Shown in pieces: positions 47,999 through 59,320 of a DNA stretch of 64,000 nt. The position numbers were made by a program, and so were the translations under genes. A model generated the notes under the pieces. That model did not search any database and was not told the origin of the DNA. It was given only the letters and a program-made list of their open reading frames with translations. Position 1 is the first letter of the stretch, and each line of letters opens with the position of its first letter. Origin of the DNA: Setoptus koraiensis (lineage: Eukaryota > Animalia > Arthropoda); the NCBI GenBank assembly GCA_048013815.1, contig CM106586.1, positions 1,178,001-1,242,000 on the forward strand, read 5' to 3'.

Positions 47999-50320
47999 AT
48001 GAGCAAGACACAACTACTAGCCTCAGGATTGCACTTGAGCTCCGCGGCCGGCAGCACCAGCACCATTACAAGTAGTCTATTGTCATCGGAACAAAGTAGG
48101 GCCCCATTGTACGCTCTGCCCTATGCCTGGGCATTGAGACTTAGGAGAAACAAATTCATATTAATCAAGTTGCTTCTATTACTGTCCATAACTAGCTATT
48201 TTATTATATTGATTAAAAGTAAATTTGACGCAGTGCAACAGGTTCAGACACCTATTAATTCTTCACCTTTTCGAACGCCAAAGACACAGCACCATGACGA
48301 GAACGACAATATAATAGCACCTACGTTACACAATAACTTTGAACACTCACCTCTGGCTAGTCAACTAAAATCCGATTCTCATCAGGCCAGTGGTGATGAT
48401 GTTGAAGTGATGAAACAGAAACAGCAGCACTTGTCAACGATGGCCGCCAATGAGAACAACGATCGAGAAAGACTGTTTTTTGATAAAAACAACGATAAAG
48501 ATCTCATGCAACACCCCAAATTAGCCAATCAGCGACTTGCAAAAATCAAGAAACGACTAGAAAAAAAATTAAAGTTCCTATTGCCCACTAGAGATGGTTG
48601 GGGCGAGAGCGGTGCTGGTGTATTTTTGACAAATCAAGCAGAAAAAGACGCCGCCGAACGTAGATTCTCCGAGGGTGCATTCAATGTATATATATCAGAT
48701 AGAATAGCTGTTAATAGGAGTATTAAGCCTGTTGCAGCCCCAGAATGTCAGCAAGTGAAATATAATGCAGACGAATTGCCTAATGTGTCAGTGATAATTA
48801 TATTTACTAATGAGATATTTTCAGCGCTGATACGTACAATATGGTCTGTAATAAATAGAACTCCGAGCAAATTATTAAAAGAGATTATATTAGTGGACGA
48901 CTTTAGTGAAAGCAACAATTTAAAACAGACCCTACAAGATTATATTGATGTTTATTGGCCAGATAATTTAGTTAAACTGTTTCATTTGCCCGAGAGACAA
49001 GGATTAATTAAAGCAAGACTCAAGGGAGCTGACGAGGCTACAGGTGATGTATTGTTATTTTTGGATTCCCATTGTGAAGTTAGTCCGATTTGGATAGAGC
49101 CATTGTTGCAACGAATCAAAGATGATCGACGTGTATTTATTTGCCCTGTCATAGACATAATTCACGATAGAACACTAGAATATAGTCCGGTGGATCCGTA
49201 TTACTTTCAATTAGGCGGCTTCGATTGGACAGGACATTTCACTTGGATTAATCGTCGCCAAGCCGATGTTGGCGCCCATCCGACCCGGCCCGTAAAATCG
49301 CCAACAATGGCCGGTGGTCTATTTGCAGTAGATAGGAAATATTTTTTTGAGGTGGGCGCCTACGATCGTGATATGCTTATTTGGGGCGGCGAAAATTTGG
49401 AATTATCATTTAGGGTTTGGCAGTGCGGAGGTCGCATTGAAATTCATCCCTGTTCGCATGTAGGGCACATATTTCGCGATTATCATCCATATTCGTTTCA
49501 GGGCATAGATTCGCACGGTATCAACACGGTGCGAACAGTTCGTGTCTGGATGGAGGACTATGCTAAATATTTTTTTATGGCGCGCCCTGATTTAAGAACA
49601 TTGGATGTTGGAGATCTTAGTGAACGTTATAAACTTAAAAAAAAGTTGAAATGTGGCTCATTTAAGACATATCTAGAGCAAGTGTATGAGAATAGAAAAT
49701 TCATCTACGATCACAATGTCAAAGCTTATGGATTTGTTAAAAATCCGGCTAGCAATTTGTGTGTAGACACTTTGAACAGGAAAGAATCGGGCGAAGGCAA
49801 GCGAGATCGCGCTGGCCTGTACGAGTGTGACGACAAGCTATTGGAAAGCAATTTAGCCAAGGTCAAAGTGATCACCAATCAATTGTTTTCATTGACGACA
49901 AGTGGAGAATTGCGCCGTGAACTGGTGTGTCTTTTGAAGGGAGAAAGGCCAGATGACGAATTCGTTTATATGGATCATTGTGAGGAGGAACCTGAATATT
50001 TGAGCGAGAAGAAAAAGAAAAGACTAGAAAAGAACAAAAAGATATCGAGACAGAAATGGACACATCTACCTGTTAGCAATAATCACAAGCTCGGCGCTCT
50101 AATCATGAATCAAGGTTCCGAGGAATGTTTAACGACAGAGGGGTCACACAGTGAAAGTGATCTTACATTGGCCCCATGCGACAGTAATGATTCACGTCAA
50201 TTGTGGCTCTTCTCCCGATACATTACTTCCGACAATACTGACACTACTGCCGAATATGGTAATCAGTTGTTGAGCGCCAGCAATATCGAGGATCATGGTT
50301 TGATTACCGATTATGATTGA
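47999..50320 (+). CDS. GALNT: Polypeptide N-acetylgalactosaminyltransferase (GT-A plus ricin lectin), intronless
   Basis: Type II TM segment; LPNVSVIIIFTNE; EIILVDDFS; GLIKARL; FLDSHCE (DxH); PTMAGGLFA; WGGENLELSFRVWQCGG; ricin QxF/QxW repeats. Paralog number not assignable by eye. Confidence 0.95.
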   Translation: MSKTQLLASGLHLSSAAGSTSTITSSLLSSEQSRAPLYALPYAWALRLRRNKFILIKLLLLLSITSYFIILIKSKFDAVQQVQTPINSSPFRTPKTQHHDENDNIIAPTLHNNFEHSPLASQLKSDSHQASGDDVEVMKQKQQHLSTMAANENNDRERLFFDKNNDKDLMQHPKLANQRLAKIKKRLEKKLKFLLPTRDGWGESGAGVFLTNQAEKDAAERRFSEGAFNVYISDRIAVNRSIKPVAAPECQQVKYNADELPNVSVIIIFTNEIFSALIRTIWSVINRTPSKLLKEIILVDDFSESNNLKQTLQDYIDVYWPDNLVKLFHLPERQGLIKARLKGADEATGDVLLFLDSHCEVSPIWIEPLLQRIKDDRRVFICPVIDIIHDRTLEYSPVDPYYFQLGGFDWTGHFTWINRRQADVGAHPTRPVKSPTMAGGLFAVDRKYFFEVGAYDRDMLIWGGENLELSFRVWQCGGRIEIHPCSHVGHIFRDYHPYSFQGIDSHGINTVRTVRVWMEDYAKYFFMARPDLRTLDVGDLSERYKLKKKLKCGSFKTYLEQVYENRKFIYDHNVKAYGFVKNPASNLCVDTLNRKESGEGKRDRAGLYECDDKLLESNLAKVKVITNQLFSLTTSGELRRELVCLLKGERPDDEFVYMDHCEEEPEYLSEKKKKRLEKNKKISRQKWTHLPVSNNHKLGALIMNQGSEECLTTEGSHSESDLTLAPCDSNDSRQLWLFSRYITSDNTDTTAEYGNQLLSASNIEDHGLITDYD

Positions 50321-50460
50321 TTATGAAGTCGCATGTTCACACGCGAAAGGTTGATAATACCCAGACAAATTGAGCTTGGACGCAAGTCTCAACGTTGAGA
50401 GAATTCTTGTAAGATGTGACTTCCGTTCACATGCTCCACACATATCGCAGGTTGCCAGGA

Positions 50461-50790
50461 GTCGCAATGCACCAGTCAAGTGGCATTTCAAGACCAAATA
50501 AGTTTCAGGAGCCGGCTCTAAAATTAAGTGAAATGCGACGTATCGATAAAGCGATTTTGTCACATGGTCACTCTGATCATTTTTATTATGATAGCATAAA
50601 GGTCACGAATAAAAGATTAGGCGGTGCATGCCGTTGTTTGATTCCCTCGGATGTTGGCAAATCATTGCAAACTTTTCCTTTAGAAAATTACCAAGAGTTC
50701 GACACTCTTATTGATTCAGGCAGTGGGAAATTCTTCTTTAGTGGAGCGACAGAATACTGTCCAGCTCTCAAGGAAATCTTTGAAACATTC
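50461..50790 (+). pseudogene. Internally deleted, truncated NAPE-PLD paralog relic
   Basis: Aligns to 42538-42777 and 42987-43057 of the intact gene (KFQEPALKLSE..ILSHGHSDHFYYDSI..KFFFSGATEYCPALKEIFE). It has no N-terminus, lacks the PAQHW His, has GDTG changed to GATE, and has no C-terminus. Confidence 0.88.
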
Positions 50791-50889
50791 AAAGTGATTG
50801 ATTCTAAAATGTATAAAATCTCGAATTCATTAACCGATCATTGATCATCATCATTCTTATCAAATTCGTCATCGGATATGACATCTTTA

Positions 50890-51034
50890 AATTTAACCAA
50901 ATGCTATGTGACCAACCTTAAAAATACCTTACTCTAATGAAAAATAGTTTATGAACAGATCTCATATATCGCCAGTATGCTTTGTGTTCATCTGACACAC
51001 GCAGGAAATGGAAAATTCGTGACTATGGCCTCGC
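50890..51034 (+). repeat. Direct repeat copy R2 (~145 bp) upstream of ABHD16A
   Basis: Matches 47518-47658 with a 40-nt identical core. Confidence 0.9.
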
Positions 51035-51583
51035 GAGAGTTCGAAGATTGTCCACATTTTGAAAACTCTATCGTTATTGGAGACAGGAAATGAAAGGAGG
51101 ATTTTTGATTGTTGTGTTTACAGAATTAAAAATTAAAATTAAATAGAAATTAAATTAAACCGATTGGCGTGATTTTTCTAGATAGCTTGACCATTCATGA
51201 ATAACTGTGTTGGAATCAGTGTCAATACATTTCTCGTCGCATTGCTGTCATTCCATGAAAAAAAACTGCACCGATTCACGAGCGACTACATGAATACCCT
51301 AACAATGGGCGTGTAGAGCGTTTGTTCGGGTAGATGCGGCATTGTGCTGAAGTTGAAAAAAAAAAATACACATGGCCAACAACAACATGCTTTTCTTAGA
51401 CACCCCTCAAATTCGGGCCTCAGTTTGCTCTACTTAAAAGAAACTATTACAGACGTTACTTATGAGACGCGATTTATCTGAATTCAATTCTCTAACATTG
51501 GAAGCTGCCGGTTCTACAGAGAAAATATTTACATGTGCCACGTAGTGAGATCTTAATATTATTTAAGCAACAACAACGACAAA

Positions 51584-53290
51584 ATGTCCAATTTGAAACT
51601 ATTGATAGCATGTGCTTTTGGTCCAAGACTTAATGCCTTTTTTAAAATTAATGGCAGATCATTGACAGAGGAAACACCTTCAGCTTTGTTGGGTTCCAAT
51701 CGTTATTACAAACACAACCAGTTAGAGAAGGTCAGCGATAATGTACTGAGACTAATCAATATAGGCATGCACGCAGGAATCTACATATCACCAATAATAT
51801 TATCATACTGTCTTTATAAGAGGCATGTGCCCGGTTTGAATTTCAGATCGGGTCTGAACGAGATATTTCTGTTTAAAATTGTCACTACCATAGTGACAGT
51901 GCTGTTCACAGCATTTGCACTTCGTGGTTTCGGTAGATACTCGAATCAAGATTATTTGGAGTTCCTTAGGGCGTTGAACAGAGCAAAGGCAGTGCCCTCG
52001 GACGCTACAAAACGCATTATTAATCATTATGATTTTGAATTCAAAGATTGGCCTGCTGATTTCAAATGGGCGAGTTCTAAATTGGCTGATTTCAATAATC
52101 CACCGATTCCGTACGAGAAAACATTCCCGTTGGTAGTCAGCAAGACAAATGACGCACATCTCAATGAAAATATCTTTGACAAGCTGACAAGACACACCAT
52201 GGAACTAATCAGTTATGTTATCATGACCACAGTTGGCCGACGAATGATCTATCCAGGATCTACGTCTCTCTTTCAATTAATAATGCAGCCTGCCATTTTA
52301 GCTGGACGTGCCAAACTGATTGAGGAGCATGAAGGAGTCAGATATAAGCTTGTAACGTTCGAGCAAAATTACATAGACTCTATGTTTGTTGATCGCAGAA
52401 ACTATACACCCAATGGAGAGACATTAGTGATAGGCTGTGAAGGCAATGGTGGATACTATGAGCTAGGAGTAATGGGTGCACCATTGGCGTGTGGATATTC
52501 AGTTCTGGGCTGGAACCACCCAGGCTTCGCTGGATCATCTGGAGTGCCTTACCCTAGCCAAGAGGTTTCAGCCATGGATGTTGTAATCAAATTTGCTATT
52601 GATAAATTGGGTTTCAAGCCGCAATCAATAATCCTACATGGGTGGTCAATTGGTGGTTTTACAGCAACCTGGGCAGGCATGAGATATCCCAATGTAGGCG
52701 GTTTAATTATAGACGCAAGTTTCGACAGTATACTACCTCTAGCGCTTAACATAATGCCTTCAGTTTTGAGACCTATTACACAAGCGGCCATCAACAAGCA
52801 CTTTGACTTAAACAATTCCAGACACCTAAAGTATTATCAGGGACCTGTGCTGCTTATTCGTCGAACTCAAGACGAAGTGATATCAACTGATCCAAACAAC
52901 TCTACTTCAACCAATCGCGCTAACTATCTATTGTTGGACCTGTTAAAGCAGAGATTTCCTAAATTGATTGACGAAATCGCCTCAAGTTTACTACAAGAAT
53001 ATATGGCAGGTGGTGCAGATCATCAACAAAACTATCTCAATCGATACTCAGTGAACGCAAAAGAATGTACGCGAAAGCTACTTGATCATTTTCGGAACTC
53101 GGCCAAGATAGGCTACCCAGTTGAGATTGGCCCGGAGTTGAACCAAACAAGCAAAGATCAGCTTGCACTATTTTTGGCCTCAAAATATCTGATGGATTAT
53201 GACTCACTGCATTGTGCGCCTTTGCCGCCTAGCCATTTTCAGAGACCATGGGATCTTATCACGTTGGCTCAAAGAAGAAGCAATCTCTAG
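51584..53290 (+). CDS. ABHD16A: Phosphatidylserine lipase ABHD16A (BAT5), intronless
   Basis: YDFEFKDWPADF, GRRMIYPGS, IDSMFVDRR, LVIGCEGNGGYYELG, LGWNHPGFAGSSG, GWSIGG nucleophile motif, IRRTQDEVI, HCAPLPPSHFQRPW. Confidence 0.95.
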   Translation: MSNLKLLIACAFGPRLNAFFKINGRSLTEETPSALLGSNRYYKHNQLEKVSDNVLRLINIGMHAGIYISPIILSYCLYKRHVPGLNFRSGLNEIFLFKIVTTIVTVLFTAFALRGFGRYSNQDYLEFLRALNRAKAVPSDATKRIINHYDFEFKDWPADFKWASSKLADFNNPPIPYEKTFPLVVSKTNDAHLNENIFDKLTRHTMELISYVIMTTVGRRMIYPGSTSLFQLIMQPAILAGRAKLIEEHEGVRYKLVTFEQNYIDSMFVDRRNYTPNGETLVIGCEGNGGYYELGVMGAPLACGYSVLGWNHPGFAGSSGVPYPSQEVSAMDVVIKFAIDKLGFKPQSIILHGWSIGGFTATWAGMRYPNVGGLIIDASFDSILPLALNIMPSVLRPITQAAINKHFDLNNSRHLKYYQGPVLLIRRTQDEVISTDPNNSTSTNRANYLLLDLLKQRFPKLIDEIASSLLQEYMAGGADHQQNYLNRYSVNAKECTRKLLDHFRNSAKIGYPVEIGPELNQTSKDQLALFLASKYLMDYDSLHCAPLPPSHFQRPWDLITLAQRRSNL

Positions 53291-53531
53291 CACACAAAAA
53301 TCTAAGATTGATTTTTGTTTGTTTGTTTATTAGTGAGCTTATGACAGATTTTCGTTCTTTTGTATGTTTATTAAAATTTAAAGCTTGGACGAGGATATTT
53401 ACATGACAAAACTCAAGTTTTGTAGTAGTTTTTATAGTTTATATATTTGGCGTGTCATGTTGAAAGTGATTGCAGACACTTGTTGAATAGATGCAACAAA
53501 ACAATACTCGAGGAATGGGCTGACACAGTTA

Positions 53532-53792
53532 CTAGCCGAGGGACTTCTTGATTTTGTCCAACAACTCATTGTAGACTGTTTCAGGTATAGCTTGTTTGGC
53601 TTGTGGGATAAGTTCTCTAACGATGTCCTCAATTCGAACTTGGTCCAAGCCTCGTTCCTTTATTAGATCGCGACAAGTGCTTGCAATATTCTTACTCCAG
53701 TCAGTTTCTTTGAGGCTCAATCTTAAGAAGTTCAATAGTTCCTCTTTCCTGCCCATCAAGGCATCTTCGAATTTATCTTGCAGAGTGGACAT
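53532..53792 (-). CDS. ENY2: Transcription and mRNA export factor ENY2/Sus1 (SAGA DUB/TREX-2)
   Basis: GRKEELLNFLRLSLKETDW..CRDLIKERGLDQVRIEDIVRELIPQAKQAIPETVYNELL. Confidence 0.9.
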   Translation of the reverse strand: MSTLQDKFEDALMGRKEELLNFLRLSLKETDWSKNIASTCRDLIKERGLDQVRIEDIVRELIPQAKQAIPETVYNELLDKIKKSLG

Positions 53793-55146
53793 TTTTCTTA
53801 TCGATAACTAGTGATGAAATATTGTAAGGTCCCAATGAATCGTATTGCTGATTGTAAGATAAGTTGTTTGTAAGTTGGCGCGCTGTAGCAATTAAAATGA
53901 GTATAGCTGTAAAATCAGACGAGTAACCCGACGACTCATGAGCACACAAGGCAAGCGCAATCGATCGAGTTGTTCCTTACAGCAAGTACAGCGTGCAAGA
54001 TTTGCATTCAAGCCGACTATCAAGGTAGCAATAGCACTAGTAAGGTGCAATCACAAAGCATCTATGTGGACGCTCAATGTTGAATTTACACAGTGATTTT
54101 GATTGATGTGTGCGCGATATTTCCCCTTCTTCTCTTATTGTCTGTCCATTAGATTTTGTTTCATGCTGGAACATGCACTCGTAGCGTCGCACACAGTGGT
54201 ATTGTGCGTAACATTCAGCCTGAATGATTCAGGGCTTGCTCACGAGCATCCATTGGGCACAGCGAATTTTTGGTGAGTTTATTGTCAGAGGTATCGGCAT
54301 CGTTCTCACAATGTCGCCAGTAGACGTATCCCTGGACGAGTGGTCACGTTCTTCGTTCTAAAGCCATTATCGACTCAATAGAGCGTCAGTTTAGCTGGCC
54401 TTGCTCGTTCGTAACGAGACAACTCGAGATTTCTACTGCTGCCTGCCTGTCGGCCGATAATGAGCTATCTACGCTCAACGACCACTTGCTTCTGTTATGT
54501 TTTTAGCCAATTTGCTCGCAATGCGATATTGAATGATTGTTAATATTCTGGCTCTGGTGTGAATTACATTCTCTCTAACGAATCTTTGCAAGTTTAACGA
54601 CCGGCTTTCCGGCCGGCCGGCCGGCGAAACGCGCCGCTGTGATGCGCCCGCGCTCGGCTCCATGATTTTTGTGATACCATGTACAATGTCCATAAATACA
54701 GCGTGTACGCGTACATAAAGACACATCACATTACAAAATACAAACAGCGCCCATTTGCAATTCGTTCAAGTCTTGAACGGTTTGTGAGTGTGCATCGATT
54801 GCGCACAAATGTTGGATTTGCACATTTGCCGATGCGCAGCTGATTGCAGCTACAAATGTGCAACTCATCGCCGATAAAACAGTGAGAGACAGAGCGAGCC
54901 ATAGAGGATAGACGCAGACCAGGAATATAGAAAATTGATGTGTCGGCATCGTTGAATGTGTAGCTAATATTCAGTTTGTGATGCTGCCCGTCTAATCGCT
55001 ATCTTCATTATTATCACCGATCAATATTATTACTATTAACATAATATTACAAAACATATATTTATAGTATTTACACGCTCATTCTTATTATTAACCTGGT
55101 AATGATATGATCTCTTTAGCAGCGCTTGAATGTGGTCCTATCTTCC

Positions 55147-57887
55147 ATGGACGTCACCATCGCACACGAATCTGGGGAATCAGGTACACACTAATACCTT
55201 CTCTACTGCTAGATATTGCTAGATATTAATTTCTCAATCTAACATCATACTAATAACGCGTACCAATCTTATTATACTCATTACTATTTCTTGTATCTGC
55301 AACAGATTTCTCTGACGATCCCCATATTGTTGCTATCTTTAAGGAAGTAGCTCGGATTGCTCAGAAGTTAGAGTCGGGCCAAAATAAAATTACTTCAATC
55401 GACTTTTTCCTGCCGACGCTGGTAGATTTGAGGTCAAAATTGTGCCAATCTTGCTTTAGATTGTGGTTTGCCGAGGACTTCAGATTGGAATACTTTAGAC
55501 GAGCAGAGGAGGTACTTTGGCGCAGAGTTTATCATGACATCTACAAGCTATACAAGAGCAATAAATGTTTACTCAATGAGCGTGAAATAATGCTCATTGA
55601 AGCACACATTTTCTCCGGCATAGGAATGTACTCTGGATTGATTGTGCGCCTCCGACTACATTATGGAATTAAGGAAACCAAGAAACTTCTACTACCTCTT
55701 GGATTGTCACTGGAATCTTTAGATGACTCAATTGAGTTCAAGGGTGACATAGCAGATTCGAGCATTAAAGAAAATAAAAGAGAGGACCCTACAGTTGAAA
55801 TGTCGTCGCGCCTAGATTGGGCCCGCCAGGCTATTTATAGGTCTTTGGTTTACATGGGTGATCTATATCGTTATTTGATTGAAACAAACAGACCAGAATG
55901 CCGTCCACTCGCGATTGAAATGTACAAGTCCACCTCTTTATATGATCCTCATCATGGAATGCCCTTCAACCAGCTTGCCACGATGTCGGCTAATGACAAC
56001 TATGCATTAGATGCCATTTGTAACTATATGAGGTGTTGCTCTAGAGCTAAACCCTTTGAAGGGGCAGCGGGAAACATGAAGAAGATATTTGACATTAATG
56101 AAAAGTCATTCGATGAGCTGAAACGCAAATCGCCCACTAAAATATTAGAGGAATGCTGCAAGAGACGAAAAGATTCCTTCCGAGATTCTACAATCCTAAT
56201 ACGAAGACTTATTGTTACCTTCATCAAATTAGTATCTGATCTTTGGCAAAGTGTTGGTAAAATCATCGATGATGCGACATTTCAGCTGCACCAAAAGAGC
56301 ATCGCCTCGGAGATACGACTGTTTTTCGTCATTCTTAAAGAGGCCATGCACTTACCCAAACCCCAACTGTCGCAAACTGGCGAAATATTTCAGGAAACTC
56401 TTATCACTTTTGCAGGAGGTTCTGGTGTGACAGAAAAACCTGTTTTCGTGTCCACCACAATCATGTTCGAGTTCGCAAACATATCTTTGATGCTCTTAGC
56501 CCGCTGTCAGAGCTCTACTAAAGCTTCTGATCTGAAAGCTTGCATGATTTACGAAACATCAGTAGCCCTCACCTTGAATCTGTTCCATTACATAACAACT
56601 CGATGTCATCAGACTATATCATCGAAGATGGACCAACTTCTAGGAACAAAAACGCCGAGCAACTATCCTACCAAGATGAATGGTCAGAACTTATTGGATC
56701 ATCTTAAAGCTAGGCTTGCTGGTTCAAAAGAGAATCTAATATTGAGACAAGGAAGTTACGAAAATCGATCTTTGAATAGCACCCCGAACTTATCACCGCG
56801 TCGGGCTCTATCTCGCTTGCGCCAGCGTGAAGCAGCTACAAATTATGCAGATGGCCCTACAATGGAAAATTTTGATTGCGATGATTCAGACATGAGTGAA
56901 CTAGAGGAGACTGCTTTGAGTACAATAGATGCTTTGGAAATCAGTTCAGATATGAGTGATGCTGAAAATCATATCGCTAACAAGGCTCAAAACTTGATTG
57001 ATCTAGATAGTAGTGGAGATGAGCAGACACTTTTGGTTCTTGATAACAATGAGGAAGAAAATGGGTGCAGTCCTCAGTTTCAAGACCCATCAATCGTCAT
57101 CGCACACTTGGGTTCGAACTCTTCTAAACTTACCTGCCCGTCCGTACCTACGAAAAACAGAGGAGCAACACAGTCAACACCAGTGCCAGACCTTCTGACT
57201 GGTGATTTCATTCCATCATCTAATTTAGCTATGAGCAATAACAAGTCTAACAAACCTTTAGACCAACGGAACACTATACCGTCTCTATCCAGCCTTAGCC
57301 CAATAGATTCAACCGGTACTTTGTGTGCCCAAGAATATGGAGATGAACATAACTATAACAGCCACCAGAGCAATATGTCTACAATATCTTTCACTAAGAT
57401 TATGGAATTTATCTACAACGAAACCTATCTGCCATCTATAAAGATATTCTGTGATTGGTTATTATCAAACAGTTCCCTTATAAGCGTTAACTGCGAGTCA
57501 TTTAGGGCATTCTTCAACGAATTAGATATGCTTGTAACCTCCCTGAAAAAATTGGAGCAGTACGCTAATTCTTTGAGAAGCAAAGAAGTTGTGAACAAAG
57601 TTTCAGGTTTGAATTGCCAAGATAGCCAAACTGTAAAATCTTCAGCCGCTCTGGAACACAAATATCATGGGCCTTCCTGGACACAAAATTACCCGCTCAG
57701 TGTTGACCTACCTCTAATGAAGTTGAAATCTTTAGAGGTCGTCCATGAGCTAAATATAAATTATGACTCGACAGTCGAGTTGAATCAGGCCGAGATGGGG
57801 TACATTTGCATTCAATGTATATTAGCTTTTTCCGAAGTTGTCACTGTGTGTTTCTCCCCGAAAGACTCTCAAAGCACACCAGCCTAA
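55147..57887 (+). CDS. SMG5: Nonsense-mediated decay factor SMG5 (EST1B), apparently lacking the PIN domain, 872 aa
   Basis: Exons 55147-55183 (MDVTIAHESGES) and 55306-57887 (phase 1). EST1/14-3-3-like motifs: RRAEEVLWRRVYHD, YMGDLYRY, GMPFNQLATM, YMRCC..PFEGAAGNM. SMG5-type features: DDSDMSE linker and LPSIKIFCDWL. Confidence 0.88.
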
Positions 57888-58061
57888 CCTTGATGACTTG
57901 TCATGACAGTAAAGGATTACTGTCGAAAATTTACATTGTGCGTCTCAATATTGTTACAGAATTAAATTGGTTACATTACCATTTAACATGAGATTCTTTG
58001 TATACATAAGGTTTTGATTGGAATTTATCTCAATTTGTATAGTATAACAAGTGATAAGTTT

Positions 58062-58739
58062 TCATTTTATCATTTGGAACTTGTAATCTACGGTCCATAA
58101 GATCGGCCGATCTGTCTCTACCGTTATTCTAGTTTCATGATCACAACATTTATTGGCTGTACTTACCAGGCCTCCGAACTGAAGTATGGCCTTATTCATA
58201 TTCCAAACTAATCCATGAGTAGTAACTTTAGTAGGACCTTCAAACGGGACAAGGGAGCAAGTTTCATTACCAGCAGGCTTGAATATCACATTTTTACCAG
58301 GCAGCAGAAGCCAATGGATTGAGCCACCTATATCAACTAATATAACAACCATTTTACTTTTGTGTAATGTGTTCACGATGCCAAATAGGTGATCTACACG
58401 AGATCCATCGTTTTTGAATAAGGCCACACAAGTGTTCAGATCTGGCCGATAATCAATCGCTAAGTTTAGTGCTTTGGTAAAATCTGTTTCGTTCTGATTT
58501 GGAGTTTCTATTACAGTGGTCTTATTGTTTGTCAATTGCATCAAGAGTTTGGCGTCAATTGAATCAAAGTCACCACACAATAAATCTATTGTCTTTTCCA
58601 TGCCCAAATCGCTCAAGCAATTAGCTCCACCATCCACCGCTATCCTATAATCTGATTTATTCCAAATGTAATCGATGGATTTAAGCTCTTTATAGTATCT
58701 ATGTTTCATGTTCAATACGCAACAAAGTGTTAGTAGCAT
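58062..58739 (-). CDS. TPK1: Thiamine pyrophosphokinase 1
   Basis: AVDGGAN, LCGDFDSI, TPNQNETDFTKAL, RVDHLFG, CSLVP, VTTHGLVWN, GGLVSTAN. Start uncertain: first in-frame ATG is 58739 and the ORF is open to 58808 and beyond. Confidence 0.92.
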   Translation of the reverse strand: MLLTLCCVLNMKHRYYKELKSIDYIWNKSDYRIAVDGGANCLSDLGMEKTIDLLCGDFDSIDAKLLMQLTNNKTTVIETPNQNETDFTKALNLAIDYRPDLNTCVALFKNDGSRVDHLFGIVNTLHKSKMVVILVDIGGSIHWLLLPGKNVIFKPAGNETCSLVPFEGPTKVTTHGLVWNMNKAILQFGGLVSTANKCCDHETRITVETDRPILWTVDYKFQMIK

Positions 58740-59320
58740 CCCAAGACGACAATATTTACTTTGATTCGAACGGAATCTAACGATTGTAGGTTTGTCGATG
58801 CCCACCAACTCGACCGACAGTGATATTTTCGTTGTGCTGTATGGCCACTAAGCTCGTCCCTCACACAAGCTAACAAGTGTCAACAACAATCAGAGAATAG
58901 AAAATTGAATCCTCGACTAGCTCAAATAAACCAACTAATACTATGTCTAGTATTTCGATGAAAAATGTTATCTAATAAATTATCACTGTTAATACTACTG
59001 TACATATGAAGAAGAAAAAAATAACATGGACATTTGCGAACATGTCTGAATGTATTTGTGGCACTTATCTGAGTAGTCCATTATTTCTTATTTTAGCTAT
59101 ATAACCGTTTTAAACTTGTATAAAGAATAAATATATAATTTATCTCAGTGATTTATCATGCTGTTGGTATGTGCCATGGTGTGGCTTGTATTTGCATTTA
59201 CATTTACATCTCATGCCTATCGTCTGTATAGTGTTCACAACAAGTTACACAATGGTACATGCCTAAGTTATAGAAGTTATGAGTTTTCGTTTTCTTTTCA
59301 ACAATTTCTCGATTATTATA

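Noticed and set aside
53799-53806. DRE-like TATCGATA just upstream of the ENY2 ATG
   Set aside because: A single 8-mer only 7 bp from the ATG, probably within the 5' UTR. The same word occurs elsewhere (28760, and within a CDS), so it is not informative.
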